The translations under genes and the position numbers were made by a program. From the NCBI GenBank assembly GCA_977020255.1, contig CDROCS010002070.1, positions 1-64,000 on the forward strand: a stretch of 64,000 nt of DNA. Direction: 5' to 3'. Positions 49,583 to 59,200 of the stretch are shown piece after piece; the stretch's first letter is position 1; each line of letters starts with the position of its first letter. The DNA comes from Obrimoposthia wandeli. Taxonomy: Eukaryota. The notes beneath the pieces are model-generated. The model did not search any database, was not told where the DNA came from, and saw only the letters and a list, made by a program, of their open reading frames with translations.

Positions 49583-52273
49583 GTGGAAAATAAAGATAAG
49601 GTCTTAGATCTTGCGAACAAGATCAGTCGGGTGAAGCGAGGATCAAAAGCAGGCATTACGTTTGATGATCCTGAGTATAAAATTTATAGCCCTTGGATGT
49701 CGGAAGATGTAGCAGAGGTTACCCTTTGCTTGAAACTGCGTGAAAAAATGAGTGCTGCAGAAGTTGCTGCTGTTTGCGGCAGACCTGAAAAAGAAGTTGC
49801 TGAACTGCTATGGGAATCTGCAGTAGGCGGCGCAGCCTTTATCAATAATGTTGACGGTGTGGACCAATACTGGATCGATATCTGGGTGCCAGGCCACATG
49901 GAAATGGTTGTTAACAATAAAGAACTTATTCAAAAGTATCCTGAACTAGGCGCTGCGTTTGATGCATTCGGTAAGAAAAAAGGCCCACTATGCGCAGGTA
50001 ACATCCCTGTTGGTAAAGGCCCTATGCGTGTGATCCCAATCCAAACTGCGATTGATGGTGATACGAGAACGGCTTCTTATGAAGAAGTGTCTAAATACCT
50101 TGATGATAATGAAGTGTTCTCTCTTTCTGATTGTGCTTGCCGTACATCTCGCGAAGCGATGGATGAAGGTTGCGGCCATTTGAAAGAAGATATCTGTATT
50201 CAGATGGGACATGCTGCGGAATACTATATCCGTACCGGTCGTGGTCGCGCTATCAGCCGTGATGAAGCGATGGTCGTGATCCAAAAAGCCGAAGATAACG
50301 GCTTGATGCACAGCATTCCCAACTTAGATGGTTCAGGTAAAACCCATGCGATCTGTAACTGTTGTGGTTGTGGTTGTTTTGCGATGAGACTTGCAGAGCA
50401 GTGGCAAAACCCGGATATGGTTCGTTCGAACTATACGGTTAAAATTGACTTAGATAAATGTGTTGCTTGTGGCGAATGTGTTGAAACATGTCCGACGAAT
50501 GCATTGAAGTTGGGTCAGAAATTATGCAGCAAAGTACCTGAACCAGTAATAGAGCGTGAACTTCCGCATAATACCGAATGGGGCGAAGATAAGTACAACC
50601 CGGATTACCGTGAAAATAAACAAGTTGTTATGGAAGGCGGTACAGCACCTTGTAAAGCGGGCTGTCCGGCACATATCGGTGTTCAAGGTTATATCAAACT
50701 TGCGTCGCAAGGCAATTACGAAGAAGCACTAAAACTGATTAAAATGGAAAATCCATTCCCAGCCGTGTGCGGCCGTATCTGTCCAAAATTCTGTGAAGAT
50801 GACTGTACCCGTTGTGATCTTGATGGTGCGGTTGCTGTCGATGATATTAAAAAATTCATTGCACAAAAAGAAATGGACGCGGATACACGTTTTATCCCGA
50901 CAATTAAATATGATTACGACCAGAAAATTGCGGTTATCGGTGGTGGTCCAGCCGGTCTTTCTTGTGCTTACTATTTGGCTGTTGAAGGCTACAAAGTAAC
51001 GGTATTTGAAAAGCAAACAGCACTGGGTGGTATGTTAACACTCGGTATCCCATCTTATCGACTAGAAAAAGATGTGATTAACGCAGAAATCGATGTGCTA
51101 AGAGAATTGGGCGTTGAGTTTAAAACCGGCATTGAAATCGGTAAAGACATCACACTTGCTGAGCTGAGAAAACAAGATTTCCAAGCTTTCTACATGGCAA
51201 TTGGTGCGCAAGCTGGTCGTCCGTTAGGACTTGAAGGTGAAGATGCGCAAGGTGTTGTGACTGGCGTTGAGTTCTTACGTCAAGTTAACCTGGGTGAAAA
51301 CAGTGAACTTGAAGGCAAAGTAATTGTTATCGGTGGTGGTAATGTTGCCATTGACGTAGCAAGAACGGCAACTCGAGTTGGTGCTGCACAAGTGGACATG
51401 TTCTGTCTTGAAAGCCGCGAAAAAATGCCTGCACACGCAGAGGAAGTTCAAGAAGCGTTAGATGAAGATATCAACGTTAACAATTCTTGGGGTCCAAAAC
51501 GTATCGTGACTGAAGACGGCAAAGTCGTTGGTGTTGAATTCAGAAAATGTCTTTCTGTCATCGATGCAAATGGCAGATTTAACCCGAGCTATGACGAAAA
51601 TAATACTAAGATCGTTGATGCTGACCATGTATTGCTTTCAGTTGGCCAAGCAATTGCTTGGGGCAACATTCTTGAAAACAGTAACATCGAGTTGAATCCT
51701 AACCAAACAATCCCAGCAGACGCAGCAACTTATCAAACTGATGAGCCAGATGTATTTGCCGGCGGTGACGTGGTAACTGGCCCTCGGTTTGCCATTGATG
51801 CGATTGCAGCAGGTAAAGAAGGTGCTATTTCTATTCACCGTTATGTTCAAAATGGTCAAAGTTTGGTACTTGGTCGTATTAAACGCGATTACCGTGCGTT
51901 TGATAAAACCAACATTAATCTTGATGGATATGATAGCGCGCCTAGACAGCAAATTGCCCATGTTGACGGTAAAGCGTCGAAACAAACATTCCGCGATCTA
52001 CGTGAGACATTCACAGAAGAGCAAGTTCGGATAGAAACTCAGCGTTGCCTCGGTTGCGGTGTGGCTGTTGCCGACGAATTTATGTGTATCGGCTGTGGTT
52101 CTTGTACAACGAAATGTAGATTCGATGCTATCTCTCTTGTTAAAACACACAACGCTGAGGGTTCCGACCTGAAAGAAGTGAAGAAGATCATTATCAAGCA
52201 TGCGTTAAAACGTAAATTAAGAATTGCGGTAAACAAACCGATCAAAAAAATTAAATCGTTAATAAAAATATAA
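49583..52273 (+). CDS. Multi-domain Fe-S flavoprotein, paralog 1 (Cys/His-rich N-domain, ferredoxin, GltD-like module, C-terminal ferredoxin)
   Basis: CACR..GCGH..C, HAICNCCGCGC, CVACGECVETCP, APCKAGCP..CGRICPKFCEDDC, GGGPAG, GGGNVA, RCLGCG..CIGCGSCTTKC; GTG start after GGAGG. Confidence 0.85.
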   Translation: MENKDKVLDLANKISRVKRGSKAGITFDDPEYKIYSPWMSEDVAEVTLCLKLREKMSAAEVAAVCGRPEKEVAELLWESAVGGAAFINNVDGVDQYWIDIWVPGHMEMVVNNKELIQKYPELGAAFDAFGKKKGPLCAGNIPVGKGPMRVIPIQTAIDGDTRTASYEEVSKYLDDNEVFSLSDCACRTSREAMDEGCGHLKEDICIQMGHAAEYYIRTGRGRAISRDEAMVVIQKAEDNGLMHSIPNLDGSGKTHAICNCCGCGCFAMRLAEQWQNPDMVRSNYTVKIDLDKCVACGECVETCPTNALKLGQKLCSKVPEPVIERELPHNTEWGEDKYNPDYRENKQVVMEGGTAPCKAGCPAHIGVQGYIKLASQGNYEEALKLIKMENPFPAVCGRICPKFCEDDCTRCDLDGAVAVDDIKKFIAQKEMDADTRFIPTIKYDYDQKIAVIGGGPAGLSCAYYLAVEGYKVTVFEKQTALGGMLTLGIPSYRLEKDVINAEIDVLRELGVEFKTGIEIGKDITLAELRKQDFQAFYMAIGAQAGRPLGLEGEDAQGVVTGVEFLRQVNLGENSELEGKVIVIGGGNVAIDVARTATRVGAAQVDMFCLESREKMPAHAEEVQEALDEDINVNNSWGPKRIVTEDGKVVGVEFRKCLSVIDANGRFNPSYDENNTKIVDADHVLLSVGQAIAWGNILENSNIELNPNQTIPADAATYQTDEPDVFAGGDVVTGPRFAIDAIAAGKEGAISIHRYVQNGQSLVLGRIKRDYRAFDKTNINLDGYDSAPRQQIAHVDGKASKQTFRDLRETFTEEQVRIETQRCLGCGVAVADEFMCIGCGSCTTKCRFDAISLVKTHNAEGSDLKEVKKIIIKHALKRKLRIAVNKPIKKIKSLIKI

Positions 52274-52341
52274 GACATGAAGTGATAATAATATTATAAA
52301 ACAGTTATTTAAATATTTTTTGATTGATTTATAAGTACATC

Positions 52342-52373
52342 AAAAGGCGGGGGATATCAGTTCTTCGCCTTTT
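52342..52373 (+). terminator. Terminator-like hairpin between paralog 1 and hypA
   Basis: AAAAGGCG..CGCCTTTT. Confidence 0.5.
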
Positions 52374-52398
52374 CAATTAAATTAATAAGGAGGTTGTT

Positions 52399-52740
52399 AT
52401 GCATGAATTAGGTGTTGTCTTTGAAGTTATCAAAACCGTTAAAAACTTTGTCGATAAAAATGACTTAACAAAAGTTGATACAATCGTACTACAAATAGGT
52501 GAACTATCATCCATGATCCCGAAATACATTCACGAGTGTTTCCCTGCCGCTATTGATGGTACAGAGTTTGAAGAGACAAAATTGGTGATTGAAATTATAC
52601 CCGCTGCCGCTATCTGTAAAGGGTGTAAGCATGTTTTTAATATCATTAAGCATAAATCTCAATGTCCAGAATGTGAAAGCCTGGAGTGGGGAATGTTAAC
52701 CGGTAAAGAGTTCTCGATAAAAGAAGTTATTGCTTGTTAA
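52399..52740 (+). CDS. hypA: Nickel metallochaperone HypA
   Basis: MHE N-terminus, IGELS, CKGC and CPEC zinc finger, GKEFSIKEV. Confidence 0.95.
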   Translation: MHELGVVFEVIKTVKNFVDKNDLTKVDTIVLQIGELSSMIPKYIHECFPAAIDGTEFEETKLVIEIIPAAAICKGCKHVFNIIKHKSQCPECESLEWGMLTGKEFSIKEVIAC

Positions 52741-53058
52741 TGCGTAACGGCAGTTGATTTATGACTGCCTTGCCTAAAAGTGAATGAATCCTCGCTACAT
52801 TAATGCTGACACTGCATATTACACTGCCAGTATGAAGAGATAATCATCTGTTTCTTTATGCCAAAATCGATCAAATTAACCACGTTTAACCATAAATTCC
52901 GTCCATCTAAACATTCAGAAATTAGCATGTTGGCGCTAACTATTAATACGTAACACATTGTTTTTTTTAGCTTAGCGTGATTCAGATCTGATCATTAATA
53001 CCAAAGATAAGTATAATAACCCTTCATTTTGTAAGTGAATTTTATTTAAAAGAAAAGC

Positions 53059-53156
53059 CTTATTCCTATTGATACCCATGGTCATTTAGCTGAGCTCTTG
53101 ATTAGCACTCTTAATTAGCAGTCTGAATCGCTATGGGTATGAATAGGTGAAATAAG
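53059..53156. ncRNA. Candidate structured RNA (long imperfect hairpin) upstream of paralog 2
   Basis: CTTATT/AATAAG, CCTATT/AATAGG, ATACCCAT/ATGGGTAT nested arms; loop holds tandem CTCTT[G/A]ATTAGCA. Confidence 0.4.
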
Positions 53157-53256
53157 CGCCTCCTTAACTGTGTCTGATGGTTATGCATTGAAAATGCTGT
53201 TAAGTAACTAATTTAAAAAGAATAATAATTAGTATTTAAACTTTGGAGTTAATGTC

Positions 53257-55944
53257 ATGGTAAAACAGAAAGTATTAGATTTGGCCAATTTGATCAGTAA
53301 GACGAAACGTGGTGCTAAAGATGAAATCAGGCCAGAGCATCCGGAATATAAAGTGTTAGAGCCCGTCGTCACCGATGAAATGGCAGAAGTGGCGTTGTGC
53401 CTCAAATTCCGTGAGGGGATGACGGTAGAAGAGGTTGTTCCTCTGTGTGGTAAATCGCCAGAAAGAACCAAAGAACTATTGTGGGAACTGGCTATGGTCG
53501 GAGCCACTGTGATGGGTGAACAAGAGGGTGTCGACAAATTTTGGTACGAGATCTGGGTTCCCGGCCACATGGAGTTACTGGTCAATCATAAAGAGAATGC
53601 GCTTAAATATCCGCAACTGGGTAAAGCATTTGATGATTATGGCAGAAAAAAAGGTCCGCTTGCGGTGGGTAACTTCCCGATAGGCACAGGTCCTATGCGA
53701 GTAATACCAATCGAATCTGCAATTTCGGGTGAATCTAGACGTGTATCGAATGATGAAATTTCTAAATACTTAAATGATAACGATCGATTCTCGGTATCTG
53801 ATTGCTCTTGCCGTGCAGCCCGAGAAGCGCTAAATGAAGGTTGTGGTCACCTTAAAGAAGATATGTGTATTCAATTAGGCCATGCTGCGGAATATTATAT
53901 TCGTACTGGTCGTGGTCGAGAAATCAACCGTGAAGAAGCATTTGAAATTATTCAAAAAGCCGAAGACAACGGTTTAATGCATAACATGCCGAATGTTGAC
54001 GGACCTGGACACACTCACGCGATCTGCAATTGTTGCGGTTGTGGCTGCCTGGCTTTAAGAAACGCCAATATGTTAACCAACCACGATTTTGTGCGTTCTA
54101 ACTATACTGTGAAAATCGATGAAGATAAGTGTGTTGCTTGTGGTGAATGTGTTGAAGTGTGTCCAACTAACGCATTGAAACTAGGGCAAAAGCTGTGTAA
54201 AAATACACCTATCCCTAAGGTTAATCGTGATCTTCCTTTTAATACCGAATGGACGCCAGATCGATGGAATGAAGATTACCGTATCAACAGAGAAGTTGTT
54301 ATGAAAGAGGGGACTGCACCTTGTAAAGCGGGCTGCCCAGCGCATATCGGTGTGCAAGGTTATATCAAGTTGGCGTCGCAAGGTAAGTATGCTGAAGCAC
54401 TAAAACTGATTAAGTTAGAGAATCCATTCCCTGCAGTATGCGGACGTATTTGTCCAAAATTCTGTGAAGATGATTGTACCCGTTGTGATATAGATGGTGC
54501 GGTTGCTGTTGATGATATCAAGAAATTCATTGCACAGCAGGATATGAATGCAGAAACGCGCTATGTGCCAACGATTAAAAATGATTACGATAAAAAAATT
54601 GCCGTTATCGGTGCAGGTCCTGCTGGTTTATCTTGTGCTTATTACTTGGCTGTACAAGGTTACAAAGTCACTGTGTTTGAAAAACAAAAAGTATTGGGCG
54701 GTATGTTAACACTGGGTATTCCTTCTTACCGCCTTGAAAAAGATGTTATCAACGCCGAAATCGATGTATTGAAAGACATGGGTGTTGAATTTAAAACGGG
54801 CGTTGAAATTGGTAAAGATGTCAGCCTTAGTGATCTTAGAACACAGGATTACAAAGCATTCTATATGGCTATCGGTGCTCAGGCTGGTCGTTCGCTTGGA
54901 CTTGAAGGTGAAGATGCTAAAGGTGTTATCACCGGTGTTGAATTTTTACGTCATGTTAATTTAGGCGAACACTCGGAATTTGCAGGTAACGTGATTGTCA
55001 TCGGTGGTGGTAATGTTGCTATTGATGTAGCAAGAACCGCAACCCGAGTTGGCGCTGCACAAGTGGATATGTATTGCCTTGAAAGTCGTAAAAAAATGCC
55101 TGCACACGCAGAGGAAGTTGAAGAAGCGTTAGATGAAGATATAAACATTAATAATTCTTGGGGGCCAAAACGCATCGTCGCTGAAAATGGTAAAGTCGTG
55201 GGTGTAGAATTCAGGAAATGTATTGCTGTATTTGACGCAGATGGCAAATTTAACCCGAGCTATGACGAGAACGATACTAAGATTGTTCTTGCTGACCATG
55301 TATTACTTTCAGTGGGCCAAGCGATGGATTGGGGTAGTATTCTTGCAGACAGCAACGTTGTATTGAATCCTAACCAGACTATTCAAGCTGATGCTGATAC
55401 TTTCCAGACGGGTGAACCGGATATTTTCGCTGGCGGTGACGCATTAACAGGTCCTCGTTTTGCCATTGACGCGATTGCGCACGGTAAAGAAGGGTCTATT
55501 TCTATTCATCGTTTTGTTCAGCGTGGTCAAAGTTTGGTGTTAGGTCGCCTAAAACGTGATTACCGTGCATTTGATAAAGCCAATGTTAATCTTGCTGGTT
55601 ATGATACTGCACCAAGACAACAAACGGAGCATGTCGATGGTAAAAAATCAAAACAAACCTTTAAGGATCTTCGTGAAACATTTACCGAAGAACAAGTTAA
55701 GAAAGAGTCGGAACGTTGCCTAGGTTGTGGTGTAGTCATTGCCGATGAATACACGTGTATTGGTTGTGGTGCCTGTACTACCAAGTGTAAATTTGATGCA
55801 ATAACCCTAATCAGAACCTACGATGCTGATGCGGTAGAGTTTAAAGATCTGAGATCTACGGTCATTAAACACGCGCTAAAACGTAAGGTGCGAGTTGCGG
55901 TCAATAAACCAATTAAAAAGATTAAAGCAATTTTTTCCAACTAA
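53257..55944 (+). CDS. Multi-domain Fe-S flavoprotein, paralog 2
   Basis: Colinear with 49583..52273 and shares all Cys motifs; GAGPAG, GGGNVA. Confidence 0.87.
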   Translation: MVKQKVLDLANLISKTKRGAKDEIRPEHPEYKVLEPVVTDEMAEVALCLKFREGMTVEEVVPLCGKSPERTKELLWELAMVGATVMGEQEGVDKFWYEIWVPGHMELLVNHKENALKYPQLGKAFDDYGRKKGPLAVGNFPIGTGPMRVIPIESAISGESRRVSNDEISKYLNDNDRFSVSDCSCRAAREALNEGCGHLKEDMCIQLGHAAEYYIRTGRGREINREEAFEIIQKAEDNGLMHNMPNVDGPGHTHAICNCCGCGCLALRNANMLTNHDFVRSNYTVKIDEDKCVACGECVEVCPTNALKLGQKLCKNTPIPKVNRDLPFNTEWTPDRWNEDYRINREVVMKEGTAPCKAGCPAHIGVQGYIKLASQGKYAEALKLIKLENPFPAVCGRICPKFCEDDCTRCDIDGAVAVDDIKKFIAQQDMNAETRYVPTIKNDYDKKIAVIGAGPAGLSCAYYLAVQGYKVTVFEKQKVLGGMLTLGIPSYRLEKDVINAEIDVLKDMGVEFKTGVEIGKDVSLSDLRTQDYKAFYMAIGAQAGRSLGLEGEDAKGVITGVEFLRHVNLGEHSEFAGNVIVIGGGNVAIDVARTATRVGAAQVDMYCLESRKKMPAHAEEVEEALDEDININNSWGPKRIVAENGKVVGVEFRKCIAVFDADGKFNPSYDENDTKIVLADHVLLSVGQAMDWGSILADSNVVLNPNQTIQADADTFQTGEPDIFAGGDALTGPRFAIDAIAHGKEGSISIHRFVQRGQSLVLGRLKRDYRAFDKANVNLAGYDTAPRQQTEHVDGKKSKQTFKDLRETFTEEQVKKESERCLGCGVVIADEYTCIGCGACTTKCKFDAITLIRTYDADAVEFKDLRSTVIKHALKRKVRVAVNKPIKKIKAIFSN

Positions 55945-55980
55945 GCCGTAAAGTCGATACTATAAAAAAACTATGATATG

Positions 55981-56017
55981 AAAAGGGCTGGGAATATAAA
56001 TTCTCAGCCTCTTTTTT
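55981..56017 (+). terminator. Intrinsic terminator
   Basis: AAAAGGGCTGGGAA..TTCTCAGCCTCTTTTTT. Confidence 0.75.
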
Positions 56018-56250
56018 ACCATTATCACTTATACCTATAAAGAGGTGATTGAAAGAGGTTGTGGACAGACTCTTTACAGAGCGGTATCTTATCTAATACA
56101 AAGAAATCACAAAATAAGTGATAAAAGGATGAAGCCAAGGTTTTTAACCACAGGCTTTACAAGAATGACAGACGACTTAATAACCGGGTGATTGTTCGAA
56201 AAAATACCCTGCTTATAATTTTGGGTAAGAATTTAAAGGGAAGTTTATAT

Positions 56251-59200
56251 ATGATGAGCAGAAATACTAAGCATCACGGTCTCTATCGTTCAGAGTTTGA
56301 ACACGATAGCTGTGGTATCGGCTTTGTTACCAATCTAAAAGGTAAAAAGTCGCACGATATTATTCAGAATGCACTTACTATGCTGGAATGCATGGAACAC
56401 CGAGGCGGTACTGGCTTTGATGTTAAAAGTGGTGATGGTGCAGGAATATTGATCCAGATCCCGCATGATTTTTTCAAAGCAGAAGCCAGTGAACTTGGCT
56501 TCCAGTTACCTTCTGAAGGCGAATACGGCGTTGGGATGATCTTTTTCCCTAACGATCCCGAGCAAGCGGAGAAAAGCCGTGAGGTTTTTAATGCTGCTAT
56601 TGAAGAACTGGGTTTAAGCATACTGGCTTATCGTTCGGTACCAACGGATAATTCGATGTTGGGGGTAGCCTCGTTTGACTCTGAGCCTCAGATTGAACAG
56701 GTATTTATCCAAAAACCAACTGATCTTACCCAGCAGGTTTTTGAACGTAAGTTATTTGTGTTACGTAAATACACGTCACACAAGCTTAACAGAACCATCG
56801 CTAAAGAAACCGATGAGTTTTATATCGCTTCTATGTCCTCGCGTACCATAGTGTATAAAGGGCAATTCACCACCGCGCAGGTGAAACAATACTACCTCGA
56901 TTTGCAAAATGAACGCGTGACGACTGGCCTCGCCATGTTCCACTCCCGCTTTTCAACCAATACATTCCCGGCATGGCGTCGAGCACAACCGTTCCGCTAT
57001 TTATCTCACAACGGTGAAATTAATACCGTTCAGGGCAATGTCAATTGGATGAACGCGCGCGAAGCGATGTTTAAATCGATAAACTTCAGTGACGCCGAAC
57101 TGAAAATGATCAACCCGGTATGTAACCGTGGTAATTCAGATTCTGCAAACCTTGATATGGCGATTGAGCTGCTTGTGCTCAGCGGACGTCCACTGGCTCA
57201 GGTCATGATGATGATGGTGCCGGAAGCATGGCAATCTCAGGAAGACATGGATCCGGTTAAGCGTGCTTTTTATGAGTATTACGCCTGCATCATGGAACCA
57301 TGGGATGGCCCGGCTTCTATTTCGTTCACCGATGGCAAAATGATTGGCGCCACACTCGACCGTAACGGTTTACGTCCTTCGCGTTACTTGCTCACCAATG
57401 ATGGCACGTTGATCATGGGTTCTGAAACGGGCACCATCTGTATCGATCAATCGACTGTCGTAGAAAAAGGTCGCTTGCAACCGGGCAAGATCTTTATTGC
57501 CGATTTGGAACAAGGCCGCATTATCAGTGATGATGAGGTTAAAAATGGTATTTGCTCTGCACAACCGTATGAACGATGGCTGAGCGAAAACAAAATACTG
57601 TTGAACGAACTGCCAACGCCAGCAGCATCTGTCACTCAAGCTGAGTTGCCAAACCTGAGAAAAATTCAAAAAGCGTTTGGCTACAGCAGTGAAGATCTTA
57701 ACCTGATTTTGGCGCAAATGGTCGACAGCAGCAAAGAGCCGCTTGGTGCTATGGGTACAGATACACCGTTAGCGGTACTTTCCGATCGCCCGCAGCAGCT
57801 ATCTCACTATTTTAAACAGTTGTTTGCTCAGGTAACTAATCCGCCGATAGATCCGATCCGAGAAGAGTTGGTGATGTCTTTGCGTGGTTATGTCGGTAAC
57901 TCGCACAACTTATTGACAGAGACGCCTGCGCATTGTCACAAGATTGAAATTGACCAGCCAGTGCTGACCAATGAAGAATTTAAAAAACTGCAGCAAATTG
58001 ACCATAATCATCTGCAGTCTAAAACGATTGATATTACCTTTAGAGCGACAGGCAAAGAAGGGGCACTGAAGGCCGCACTTGATCGTATCTGTTTGTATGC
58101 CAAAGATGCGGTTAACAATGGTTATGCGTTGTTGCTATTGAGTGACCGTAATATCGACACCGATCATGCGGCGATACCGTCGGTACTGGCGACTGCAGCG
58201 ATCCATCATTATTTGATCCGCGAAGGTTTACGTGCCAAAGCTGACCTTATCCTCGAAGTTGCCGATATTCGTGAAACGCATCACTTTGCTACTGTGTTAG
58301 GTTTTGGCGCTGCAGCGGTTAACCCTTATTTGGCGCTTGAAAGTTTGTATAGTTTGCGTGATGACGGCGTTATTAATCCTAAATTCAGTAATGACGTTGT
58401 TGTTGCTAAGTATATCAAAGCCGTTGGTAGTGGTTTGTTGAAGATCTTCTCGAAAATGGGGATTTCAACATTACAGTCTTACCAGGGTGCTCAGATATTT
58501 GAAGCGCTGGGTATTAACAGTGATGTTATTGATAATTACTTCACCGGTACGGTAAGCCGCATCGAAGGTATTGGCCTAGATCAAATCGCAACAGAGGCGT
58601 TAATGCGCCACCGTGACGGTTTCTTGCCTGAAGACCGTATTGCCGCTGATGATCTGTTGAAGACTGGTGGCGAATACGCTTGGCGTCATGATGGGGAAAA
58701 ACACCTGTTTAACCCAACTACTATTCGCTTGCTGCAGCATTCTACAGCGAGTAACAATACTGAACAGTTTAAAGAATATGCGAAAGTCGTTGATACACAG
58801 AGTAAAGATGCATTTACTTTACGTGGTTTGCTCGAATTTAGTGCGGACCACAAATCTATCCCATTAGATGAAGTAGAGCCGATCGAAAATATTTTCAAAC
58901 GTTTTGCTTCTGGTGCTATGTCCTTTGGTTCTATTTCTTGGGAAGCGCACACTACGCTCGCCATTGCTATGAATCGTATTGGCGGTAGAAGTAACAGTGG
59001 TGAGGGCGGTGAAGATCCGATTCGCTTTAAGCCGATGGAAAATGGCGATTCGATGAAGTCGCGGATCAAGCAGGTTGCTTCTGGTCGTTTTGGGGTAACC
59101 AGTCATTACCTGACGAATGCAGACGAATTACAAATTAAAATGGCGCAAGGTGCCAAGCCGGGCGAGGGTGGCCAATTACCTGGACATAAGGTTGATGCCT

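Noticed and set aside
49159-49656. 165-aa minus-strand ORF over hypB
   Set aside because: Shadow frame with no motif; overlaps two well-supported genes
48875-52740. Calling the locus a hydrogenase operon
   Set aside because: No large subunit (RxCGxC / DPCxxC), small subunit or hypCDEF in the window
53059-53156. NiCo riboswitch identity for the hairpin
   Set aside because: A single long stem rather than the four-way junction, and I could not find the conserved junction residues
49583-55944. Annotating the two flavoproteins as gltD or dihydropyrimidine dehydrogenase
   Set aside because: Only the middle module is GltD-like; they have ~350 extra N-terminal residues, and a true gltD is at 60879
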